Shown: positions 30,900 through 38,582 of the stretch, piece after piece
Numbering within the stretch: position 1 is the stretch's first letter
How the letters are laid out: each line of letters starts with the position of its first letter
From: Candidatus Zhuqueibacterota bacterium
GTDB lineage: Bacteria; Zhuqueibacterota; Zhuqueibacteria; Oceanimicrobiales; Oceanimicrobiaceae
Direction of reading: 5' to 3'
Assembly: GCA_029261995.1 (NCBI GenBank)
Contig: JAJDAF010000061.1
Coordinates: 90,219-154,218, forward strand
DNA length: 64,000 nt
Notes under the pieces: generated by a model
Told to the model about the DNA's origin: nothing
Databases searched by the model: none
The model's input: the letters and a program-made list of their open reading frames with translations, nothing else
Translations under genes and position numbers: made by a program

Positions 30900-31559
30900 G
30901 TGCTGATCGCACCATCAATTCTGGCGGCCGACTTCACCCGCCTCAAGAATCAGATTGAGGAAGCAGATGGAGCGGGTGCGGACTGGTTTCATCTCGATAT
31001 CATGGATGGTCACTTCGTACCCAACATTTCTTTTGGGCCGATGTTGGTCGCCGCGACCCGACGTGTGACTCAAAAACTTCTTGATGTCCACCTGATGATT
31101 GAGAATCCTGACCGTTATATTCCTCAGTTTATCGCCGCTGGCGCCAACCTGGTCACTGTCCACGCTGAGACGTGCCCGCATTTGCATCGAACCATAACGC
31201 TGATTAAGGATGAGGGCGCACAGTGCGGTGTAGCCATCAACCCCGCCACGCCGATTTCTGCAATAAAAATGGTGCTGACGGAAATCGATCTGGTGTTGGT
31301 AATGAGCGTCAATCCCGGATTTGGTGGGCAAAAGTTCATACCTGAAGTCCTCCCCAAAATTGCCAAGTTGGCGAATGCCCGGTCCTCATCGCAAAGCTCT
31401 TTTCACATAGAAGTCGATGGAGGCATCGACAAATACACAGCGCCGCAAGCTCTTGCCGCAGGGACGGACGTTCTGGTCGCTGGCTCTTCCATCTTCGGTG
31501 CAAGTGATATTTCCCGAGCCATCGCTGATTTGCGCGGAGGCGACGATGTGGGAAATTAA
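30900..31559 (+). CDS. rpe: Ribulose-phosphate 3-epimerase
   Basis: About 219 aa from GTG 30900 (track ORF 30858); LIAPSILAADF and HLDIMDGHFVPN motifs. Confidence 0.85.
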   Translation: MLIAPSILAADFTRLKNQIEEADGAGADWFHLDIMDGHFVPNISFGPMLVAATRRVTQKLLDVHLMIENPDRYIPQFIAAGANLVTVHAETCPHLHRTITLIKDEGAQCGVAINPATPISAIKMVLTEIDLVLVMSVNPGFGGQKFIPEVLPKIAKLANARSSSQSSFHIEVDGGIDKYTAPQALAAGTDVLVAGSSIFGASDISRAIADLRGGDDVGN

Positions 31560-31560
31560 C

Positions 31561-31589
31561 TTGACAGGGATGTTCCAAATGGCTATATT
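31561..31589 (+). promoter_or_regulatory. Near-consensus sigma-70 promoter of the cold-shock gene
   Basis: TTGACA (31561-31566), 17-nt spacer, TATATT (31584-31589), followed by an AT-rich leader and GGAGGAGG Shine-Dalgarno before ATG 31636. Confidence 0.45.
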
Positions 31590-31635
31590 TTTTGTAAACA
31601 TATACAATTAGTCCATTTAGGAGGAGGAAGTAAGG

Positions 31636-31836
31636 ATGGCTAAAGGTCGCGTCAAGTGGTTCAACGACCACAAAGGGTATGGTTTTATCGAGCAAGATTC
31701 TGGAGAAGACGTGTTTGTTCATTTCTCCGTCATCGACATGGACGGATACAAGACGCTCCAAGAGGGCGTGGAAGTAGAGTTTGAGTGCGTCACCGGTGAC
31801 AAAGGCTTGCAAGCAACCAAAGTATTCCAGGCATAG
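31636..31836 (+). CDS. Cold-shock protein, CspA family
   Basis: 66-aa ORF with RNP1/RNP2 motifs (KGYGFI, VFVHF). Confidence 0.9.
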   Translation: MAKGRVKWFNDHKGYGFIEQDSGEDVFVHFSVIDMDGYKTLQEGVEVEFECVTGDKGLQATKVFQA

Positions 31837-31880
31837 CCATCACGGCCTGTTATGAGAAATATGGATTGATACACAAAGAA

Positions 31881-31907
31881 ACCCCGGTCTAAATCGGGGT
31901 TTTGTCT
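31881..31907 (+). terminator. Rho-independent terminator after the cold-shock gene
   Basis: ACCCCG-gtctaaat-CGGGGT hairpin followed by TTTTGTCTT. Confidence 0.6.
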
Positions 31908-31937
31908 TATCTGAATCAACATTTTAGGAGCATTTAA

Positions 31938-32372
31938 GTGAAAATTACCGAGGACGATATCAAGCAAATTTCAAATGCTCTCGGTGTTGAAGGCACGCTC
32001 TCTGGCAACAACTATCGCTTCGTGATCGAGAATGAAGAAGATGGCCGGAAGCTGGCTCTGGAGATCTATCCCGATATTCCAATTGGCAGAGAAAAGGGCA
32101 ACCTCATCAGTGTCTATACTCACAACACCCACCTGCAATTGCATTTTTGCACCGGATTCGTGGTCAGCGATATGCTCGGCGAAGTTACCTTCATTGGTGA
32201 GAATCAGGGACGTCTCTCCGGCCTGATCATTGAACGGGAAGCGGGCTGCTCCCTGTATTCCAACGTTGACGCCAGTCTGCTGTCGGGCGATTTTACCAAA
32301 CTCGGCCCGGAGGTCATGCTTTCTGGTATCGCTTTGTCCCTGACGGAAGGCCTGCTGCCTGGAACTGAATAG
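31938..32372 (+). CDS. Hypothetical protein
   Basis: 144-aa ORF (GTG start), no recognisable motifs; coding likelihood judged from length and position between a terminator and xerD. Confidence 0.4.
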   Translation: MKITEDDIKQISNALGVEGTLSGNNYRFVIENEEDGRKLALEIYPDIPIGREKGNLISVYTHNTHLQLHFCTGFVVSDMLGEVTFIGENQGRLSGLIIEREAGCSLYSNVDASLLSGDFTKLGPEVMLSGIALSLTEGLLPGTE

Positions 32373-32393
32373 CACCTCACGACAGGCAGACGA

Positions 32394-33311
32394 ATGACCG
32401 ACCTGCTGCAGGAGTTTCTTGCCTTTTTGAGGATAGAGAGGAACGCGTCTCCCAATACTGTCGATTCATACGAAACGGATCTTCATCGTTACATCCATCT
32501 TCTGGAAGATGCGGGAATTGACTCACTTCCGGAGGTCACGCCCGCTCACATCACGAACATTCTTGGAAAACTTCAAGCAGCGGGCCTTGCTCACACATCT
32601 ACCGCCCGCAATCTATCGGCCATTCGGATGTTCCACCGGTTTGCGGTCAGTGAAGGGCATGCCGAGAACAATCCCACGAGTGAGATTCGATTTCCCAAGC
32701 TATCGCGGTACCTTCCGCACGCTTTGAGTCAAATCGAAATTGAGGCAATTCTGGAGCAAGCGGACCCAGCCGACCACAAAGGGTTAAGGGACCGAGCCAT
32801 GTTGGAATTTGTTTACGCAGCTGGGCTGCGGGTTTCCGAACTGCTTTCCACTGAAATTGCAAATATCTTCTTCAAACAAGGATTCGTGCGCGTTGTTGGC
32901 AAGGGCAACAAGGAAAGGCTGGTGCCTGTTGGCGGGCAAGCCATCTACTACACAGACAACTACATCAAGCAAGTCCGGCCCCGGATCGCCAGGGCTGGCA
33001 TATCCGGAGACACGGTCTTTCTGAACTTGCGTGGAGGCCGGTTGAGCCGCATGGGCTTCTGGAAAATTCTCAGAGGCTACTCCACGCTCGCGGGTATCGA
33101 AAACGTCTCACCACACACGCTACGCCACTCCTTTGCTACACATCTTGTTGAAGGCGGCGCTGACTTGAGAGCTGTTCAAGAGATGTTAGGGCATAGCGAC
33201 ATCTCAACCACTCAGATTTACACCCATCTCGACCGGGAATATCTTAAGGAAGTCCATCGGACGTTTCACCCAAGGGAGAAATACGGAGACGGGCGGCGTA
33301 CCGATTCCTGA
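32394..33311 (+). CDS. xerD: Tyrosine recombinase XerD
   Basis: 305-aa ORF; N-terminal core-binding region and C-terminal catalytic block HTLRHSFATHL ... LGHSDISTTQIYTHL, closely matching the XerD pattern. Confidence 0.8.
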   Translation: MTDLLQEFLAFLRIERNASPNTVDSYETDLHRYIHLLEDAGIDSLPEVTPAHITNILGKLQAAGLAHTSTARNLSAIRMFHRFAVSEGHAENNPTSEIRFPKLSRYLPHALSQIEIEAILEQADPADHKGLRDRAMLEFVYAAGLRVSELLSTEIANIFFKQGFVRVVGKGNKERLVPVGGQAIYYTDNYIKQVRPRIARAGISGDTVFLNLRGGRLSRMGFWKILRGYSTLAGIENVSPHTLRHSFATHLVEGGADLRAVQEMLGHSDISTTQIYTHLDREYLKEVHRTFHPREKYGDGRRTDS

Positions 33312-33498
33312 GCATAGGGCGATTGGCTCTGGGTGTATTCAAGTTATTCCCATCTACAGTCTTAGGGCGGCGCTTAGGTAATCCTAACCGGTCTGGTGGT
33401 CATTTTTCAACCATATCGGTCGTTTCCAGCCAGTCCGCTTCTTTCTGCGGCAACCACTAACTGCCATAATCTAAGTAGTTTACTTGGACTTCCATGTA

Positions 33499-33514
33499 CG
33501 GCACATGTGTTGCA
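33499..33514 (+). promoter_or_regulatory. Candidate sigma-54 (-24/-12) promoter upstream of the sigma-54 activator gene
   Basis: cGGCACa-tgtg-tTGCA with GG and GC at the canonical 10-nt offset, about 50 bp upstream of ATG 33564; overlaps a CACATGTG palindrome. Confidence 0.3.
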
Positions 33515-33563
33515 CACACCATGAGACTGCGGTGTACACACTTCGAAACGCGAATAGGTAGCC

Positions 33564-34961
33564 ATGCACGTGCCATCCATACTTGTCGTCGATGATGAGC
33601 CAATGATCAGCGGAATGCTTGAGAAAGTTCTCAAGCGCAAGCATTACAACGTGAAGATCGCTGACAGTGGTAAACTTGCCCTTGAATCATTGCACGACGG
33701 TGAATTCGATCTTGTCATAACCGATGTTTACCTTCCTGATTACAATGGAATGGAGATCCTGCGCAAGGCAAAACAAGCTGATCCAAGCACCGGTGTCATC
33801 GTGATCACGGCTCATAGTTCGGTCGAGAGTGCGGTGGAGGCGATGAAGGTTGGAGCTTATGACTATTTAACCAAAGGCTTTTCTTTAGATGAAATCGAGC
33901 TTACCGTTGAGAAGTTTTTCAAGTATCAGCGTCTGGTCAAGGAGAATGAACTGCTTCGCTCAGAACTCGGCTCGAGGTACGGAATAGAAAACATCATTGG
34001 CAACAGCCCGGAAATGCAGAATGTTTTCGAGATTGTCGAGATGGTTGCGCCGAGCAACGCAACGGTGCTGATTCAGGGGGCTAGCGGTACCGGAAAAGAA
34101 CTGATAGCAAAGGCTCTGCATCAGAAGAGTCATCGGAGGGACAGGCCGCTCGTGAAAACAAACTGCGCCGCCATCCCGGAAGGACTTGTCGAAAGTGAGT
34201 TGTTCGGCCACGAAAAGGGAGCTTTCACCGGCGCGTTGCGCACGACCAAGGGTCGCTTCGAAATGGCGGACGGTGGCACGCTTCTCCTCGACGAGATAAG
34301 CGAAATAACTCCTAACCTGCAAGCAAAGCTCCTCCGTGTGCTGCAGGAGAAAGAGTTCGAGCGGGTAGGTAATCCCGAAAGCGTACGGGTTGATGTACGC
34401 ATCATCGCTACCACCAATAGCGAGGTGCCAGACGAGATAGCAAAAGGGAATTTCCGCGAAGATCTCTATTATCGATTAAACGTCGTTCCGATTCACCTTC
34501 CCAGTTTGAAGGAGCGCCGGGAGGATATCCCTCTCCTGGTTGAGCATTTTTTCGAAAAATATACTGCGGAAAACAAAAGGTCGATTGATGGTATCGAGCA
34601 GTCAGCACTCGACCAGTTGATGCAGTATGATTGGCCCGGGAACGTACGCGAGCTTGAGAACACGGTCGAGCGTGCTGTTGTCATCTGTAGGGACAAGCAT
34701 ATCGGGCCCCAGCATATCTATTTTGGTAGTAACGGTAGGAAGTTTGTCGCCGCTGGCAAAAGACCGCCATCTGACAACCCGAATGACCTCCAATCCGAGG
34801 CCACAACCCTGCGAGCAATGGAAAAGCAACTCATTCTCAAGACCCTTTCGGAAGAGAATAATAACCGTACCCGCTCAGCTAAAAAATTGGGTATTAGTGT
34901 TCGAACATTGCGAAACAAGCTCCAAGAATACCGGCGCGAAGATGACCGTGATGAGCCCTAA
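33564..34961 (+). CDS. Sigma-54-dependent response regulator (NtrC family enhancer-binding protein)
   Basis: 465-aa ORF; REC domain, AAA+ domain with Walker A GASGTGKE and the GAFTGA sigma-54 contact motif, C-terminal Fis-type HTH. Confidence 0.9.
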   Translation: MHVPSILVVDDEPMISGMLEKVLKRKHYNVKIADSGKLALESLHDGEFDLVITDVYLPDYNGMEILRKAKQADPSTGVIVITAHSSVESAVEAMKVGAYDYLTKGFSLDEIELTVEKFFKYQRLVKENELLRSELGSRYGIENIIGNSPEMQNVFEIVEMVAPSNATVLIQGASGTGKELIAKALHQKSHRRDRPLVKTNCAAIPEGLVESELFGHEKGAFTGALRTTKGRFEMADGGTLLLDEISEITPNLQAKLLRVLQEKEFERVGNPESVRVDVRIIATTNSEVPDEIAKGNFREDLYYRLNVVPIHLPSLKERREDIPLLVEHFFEKYTAENKRSIDGIEQSALDQLMQYDWPGNVRELENTVERAVVICRDKHIGPQHIYFGSNGRKFVAAGKRPPSDNPNDLQSEATTLRAMEKQLILKTLSEENNNRTRSAKKLGISVRTLRNKLQEYRREDDRDEP

Positions 34962-35194
34962 CCTCGTCTAGGAAATAATGTTCATCGCTCGGCAATTTCT
35001 TCCGCCTCAGTAGCCCATCTTGTTGTCCTTCCCCCTGTTCAGTCCTGCACATCACCATAGCGCCAGGTATTCACTTGGCACATAAGAACAATCATGTAAG
35101 TTCCTGAATATAAACATGATGGGCTCGTGCTGCTTGGTGAATACCGCATGTCACTCCCGCGTGCAAATCAACATCTGGTATTGGGCTTCCGACA

Positions 35195-35210
35195 TGGCAT
35201 GGATGTTGCG
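35195..35210 (+). promoter_or_regulatory. Candidate sigma-54 (-24/-12) promoter upstream of the FliA-like sigma gene
   Basis: TGGCATG-gatg-TTGCG, one mismatch to the TGGCACG-N4-TTGCW consensus, located about 50 bp upstream of ATG 35261. Confidence 0.4.
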
Positions 35211-35260
35211 TTTTCGCGCCCGTCCACGTCAAATGTCTGAACTTAAGAGGAGTGAGTGGC

Positions 35261-36028
35261 ATGAAGGCATCTTCGTATAACTACAAGCTCTGGACGGAAT
35301 ATACGGCTCACAGAAACCCCCAGATTCGAGAGAGGCTGCTGGTGACCTACCTGCCGTTGGTCAAGTATGTCGCTGGCAAGATGATGTTCTCTCTTCCGAC
35401 GTGCGTTGACTACAATGATCTGTTGAGCGCTGGCGTCATGGGACTCATTGGGGCCTTGGAACGATTCAAGCCCGAGCAAGGGGTCAAATTCGAAACCTTT
35501 GTCTTGCCAAGAATAAGGGGGGCAATCCTTGATGAACTCAGGACGCTTGACTGGGCGCCCCGCTCACTACGATCAAAAGCAAGGCTGGTTGAAAAGGCCA
35601 ATGAGCAACTGCAGAAAGACTTGGGAAGGTCGGCAGCTAGTCACGAGATCGCAAGAAAACTTGACATGGACGTTGGTGAGTATGGTGGCGTGCTCATGGA
35701 GCTGTCCAAGGCATCTTTACTTTCTCTGGATGGGAGCAGGGTAGATGACACCGAACAGCTCACTTCAATGTACGACCTTCTGGAAAACCCACAGTCCGAC
35801 AATCCGCTGCGCCGCATAGAGAATTCCGAACTCAAGGGCCTTCTCGTAGGCGCAATTGAGAGACTTAACGAGCAAGAAAAAATTGTGATGGCATTGTACT
35901 ATTATGAGGAACTTACGCTGAAAGAGATTGGGCAGGTGCTCAGCATTACGGAGTCCCGGGTCTCCCAAATACACAGCAAGGCCCTTGAAACGCTCAAGGG
36001 CTCACTTGAGACGGAAGTCCTTAACTAA
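35261..36028 (+). CDS. fliA: RNA polymerase sigma factor, FliA/WhiG (sigma-28) family
   Basis: About 255 aa from ATG 35261 (AAGAGGAG SD upstream; track ORF begins at GTG 35252); region 2 (YLPLVKYVAGKM, RIRGAILDELR) and region 4 HTH (LTLKEIGQVLSITESRVSQIHSKAL). Confidence 0.7.
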   Translation: MKASSYNYKLWTEYTAHRNPQIRERLLVTYLPLVKYVAGKMMFSLPTCVDYNDLLSAGVMGLIGALERFKPEQGVKFETFVLPRIRGAILDELRTLDWAPRSLRSKARLVEKANEQLQKDLGRSAASHEIARKLDMDVGEYGGVLMELSKASLLSLDGSRVDDTEQLTSMYDLLENPQSDNPLRRIENSELKGLLVGAIERLNEQEKIVMALYYYEELTLKEIGQVLSITESRVSQIHSKALETLKGSLETEVLN

Positions 36029-36043
36029 AACGCGCCAAGTCAT

Positions 36044-36532
36044 ATGATTATGATGCAAAAGGATTCTTGTACAGAAAAGATTTGGGCAGGACAGCTCAAC
36101 CAGTTCATGGCTCAACTGAAAGAGAAGGTGGAGTTCGAGTCCGGTAGCCTATTTGTCTTTGATTCAGACAACGACACGCTGAAGGAAGTCACAAAGGCAG
36201 GAGACGGGATCGACTTTATCAGTTCTATCGCATTTCCGATGGGCAAAGGTCTTTCGGCCTGGGTTGCCCAAAAGGGCAAAATGGTCTATCTGCCAGACAT
36301 ACACCGGGGTAGCCGACATGGTCTGAATCCGATACGGTCATACCTGTCGATACCGCTTGAGGCGAATAATTGCATAACCGGTGTTCTGAATCTTGGCCAT
36401 ACAAGCCCGAATGCCTTTGACGACCCGGCCATGCAAACAATTCAGTCGCGATGCCGGGACATCGCCCGCAAAATCTATAATCATCGGTACTTAAACTTCA
36501 TAGACTATGAAGAAGACAATCTTACTCATTGA
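36044..36532 (+). CDS. GAF domain-containing protein
   Basis: 162-aa ORF; sequence pattern consistent with a stand-alone GAF-like sensor fold, no output domain. Assignment by pattern only. Confidence 0.45.
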   Translation: MIMMQKDSCTEKIWAGQLNQFMAQLKEKVEFESGSLFVFDSDNDTLKEVTKAGDGIDFISSIAFPMGKGLSAWVAQKGKMVYLPDIHRGSRHGLNPIRSYLSIPLEANNCITGVLNLGHTSPNAFDDPAMQTIQSRCRDIARKIYNHRYLNFIDYEEDNLTH

Positions 36533-37550
36533 CGACGACCGTGATATTCACGTTCGCACCAAGATGATTATTGAGGGGGCAGGGTACCAGTTCTATTCAG
36601 CCATGACCGGGCTGGATGGTGTTGAGGCAGCCAAGCAGTTCAAACCAACCCTTATAATCCTGGATTATTGCATGCCTGGCCAGGACGGCCTGACAACATA
36701 TAAACATCTGAGCAAACAACCTGAGCTGCAAAACGTACCCGTCGTGATGCTCAGCGCTGCAACCCACTCAAACTCGGAGATCAAGGCAATTCTGGAATGC
36801 GGGATCAACGCCCGCCTGCAGAAGCCTTTCGGGCCAAGAGAGTTGCTAAATGTCGTCGAGAATATCCTCGTTATCAATGAGATAAACATCAAGAACCACG
36901 AACTGAGATTGACTCTGGAGAGAAGTAAAGACTTTCTCCAAAATCTTGTCGATAGCTGTCCGGTGGTCATTCTCACGGCAGACCTCCAGGGCAGGATCAA
37001 ATACGCAAACAAACCTGTTAAAGAGATCCTCGGCTACGAGCCTGACGAGTTGCCGGGCATGCTCCTAAGCACGATATTTGGCGAAGTGCCTGACCAGGCC
37101 CCCTGGCGCCAATCATCCGGGAAAAGACTTCAGGAGGGCGTTGTTGAGTACGAAGTGCAAACCAAAGGAGGATGGACTGTCCCGTTGGGGCTTACATTTT
37201 CTCACTTGCTGGATTTCAATAGTAACGTCCTGGGCATTCTGGCTATTGGGCAAGACCTTTCTGCCAAGAAACAGTTGGAAAAGGAACTGCTCGAGAAGGA
37301 GAGGTTACGTGCCATCACTGATTCGTTGGCCACAATCAATCACAAAATCAACAACCCTCTGACTCCAATCCTGGGGAATATCCAGCTGATACGCCAGGAT
37401 GAGTCTCAATTTGCGAAAGGCCACAGAGAAAAACTGGAGACAATTGAGGTGAACGCCCGCAAGATCTGTGAAGTTATCAAAAGCTTCAACAGATTGACCA
37501 ATCCAACCACGCAGACGTACTACGGCAATGCTAACTTGATAGAAGTCTGA
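36507..37550 (+). CDS. Response regulator receiver - PAS - HisKA protein lacking an HATPase domain
   Basis: 347-aa ORF; REC domain (IDDD, phosphoacceptor in ILDYCMPG, conserved K in LQKP), central PAS-like region, H-box INHKINNPLTPILG; only about 70 aa follow the H-box so no ATPase domain is present. Confidence 0.7.
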   Translation: MKKTILLIDDDRDIHVRTKMIIEGAGYQFYSAMTGLDGVEAAKQFKPTLIILDYCMPGQDGLTTYKHLSKQPELQNVPVVMLSAATHSNSEIKAILECGINARLQKPFGPRELLNVVENILVINEINIKNHELRLTLERSKDFLQNLVDSCPVVILTADLQGRIKYANKPVKEILGYEPDELPGMLLSTIFGEVPDQAPWRQSSGKRLQEGVVEYEVQTKGGWTVPLGLTFSHLLDFNSNVLGILAIGQDLSAKKQLEKELLEKERLRAITDSLATINHKINNPLTPILGNIQLIRQDESQFAKGHREKLETIEVNARKICEVIKSFNRLTNPTTQTYYGNANLIEV

Positions 37551-37571
37551 GGTTTACACACAACAACATGG

Positions 37572-38027
37572 ATGTTGAACATGAAGCCAAGCAAGATGCC
37601 ATACGTAACCCTACTCGCAGTACTCCTACTGACGGCTCACGAGACACCGGCCTTGAATTGGGCACAGGCCACGAAGGGACATCAGCCATTGCTTTCCATA
37701 AAGCTGCGGGCACGATCAACGGTTCTCGGGCCTGGGATCACTTTGGGGGATGTAGCCCGCATTGTCATGGATGACGCGGTGCAAAGCAGGCGAGTCAGAT
37801 CTATCAAGATTGGAGAGGCGCCACCACCGGGGGAGTCGACTGAGATTTCCTTGACCTACATCAAAAAGTGCATAGAATCTTCAGGTTTTGGTGAACTCGT
37901 GGAGCACATCAGCGGCCCACGAAACCTGAGGGTGATAACCGCTCACAGGGAAATTGACAAGGCGTTTCTGAAAGAGAACCTGGCCCATGCCTACAGCCAC
38001 ACAGAGCATGGCATGAGCGACGTTTAA
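37572..38027 (+). CDS. Hypothetical protein with N-terminal signal/anchor segment
   Basis: 151-aa ORF, hydrophobic N-terminus (YVTLLAVLLLTA); same reading frame as the upstream REC-PAS-HisKA ORF, separated by a TGA. Confidence 0.4.
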   Translation: MLNMKPSKMPYVTLLAVLLLTAHETPALNWAQATKGHQPLLSIKLRARSTVLGPGITLGDVARIVMDDAVQSRRVRSIKIGEAPPPGESTEISLTYIKKCIESSGFGELVEHISGPRNLRVITAHREIDKAFLKENLAHAYSHTEHGMSDV

Positions 38028-38089
38028 ATTAAGAACTGAATATGCTTATTTTATCTTGTTTATTTTGGGAAATATGCTTATTATTTTCC

Positions 38090-38102
38090 TTACGTCACGT
38101 AA
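38090..38102. promoter_or_regulatory. Perfect palindrome TTACGT-C-ACGTAA upstream of csrA
   Basis: 13-bp palindrome about 65 bp upstream of the csrA ATG, flanked by two AATATGCTTATT direct repeats (38039-38050 and 38071-38082). Confidence 0.25.
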
Positions 38103-38167
38103 GCACAAAAAAAATAGACATCTAAAATGAACTTTCGGCATCAAGGCACTAACCCGAGGAAAGTAAT

Positions 38168-38380
38168 ATGCTTGTCCTGACACGGAAGTTAGGTGAAACA
38201 ATCGTCATCGGAGATGACATCATCATAAAGGTCGTTGATATCCACGGCAAACAGATTCGCTTGGGCATTGAAGCACCCACCGAAATCAGCATTTTCAGAG
38301 GGGAAATTTACGAGCGAATTCTAGAAGAGAACAGGAAAACTGTTGAGGACAACCAAGACGGCAAGGAGGGAGGGGAATAG
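38168..38380 (+). CDS. csrA: Carbon storage regulator CsrA
   Basis: 70-aa ORF MLVLTRKLGETIVIGDDIIIKVVDIHGKQIRLGIEAP, the hallmark CsrA/RsmA sequence. Confidence 0.9.
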   Translation: MLVLTRKLGETIVIGDDIIIKVVDIHGKQIRLGIEAPTEISIFRGEIYERILEENRKTVEDNQDGKEGGE

Positions 38381-38582
38381 ATCTTCCACCGCGCTTCAGT
38401 TGTCGACAACATACAGCCCTTTCCCCACAAGCACCGAACTACTCCCCCGTTTTCATGATAGAAGACACGGTGAAGCGTACTGGCAATACGGATTCTTTGT
38501 AGTTTGTCATGGTCTGATATTGTCATATTCGATAGCTTGATGCATCTGCATCAGAACAGGAAGTCTGGAGAAAAATAACGAC

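Noticed and set aside
37548-38027. Possibility that the 151-aa ORF is the missing HATPase domain of the REC-PAS-HisKA protein, split off by a nonsense mutation
   Set aside because: It is in frame, but it begins with a hydrophobic signal-like segment and lacks recognisable N, G1 and G2 ATPase boxes (only a weak LGPGI resemblance), so it is kept as a separate hypothetical gene. Flagged for HMM checking.
37572-38027. Identification of the ORF upstream of csrA as FliW or FlgA
   Set aside because: No sequence resemblance to FliW was seen and the N-terminus looks like a signal peptide; similarity to FlgA could not be supported from sequence alone.
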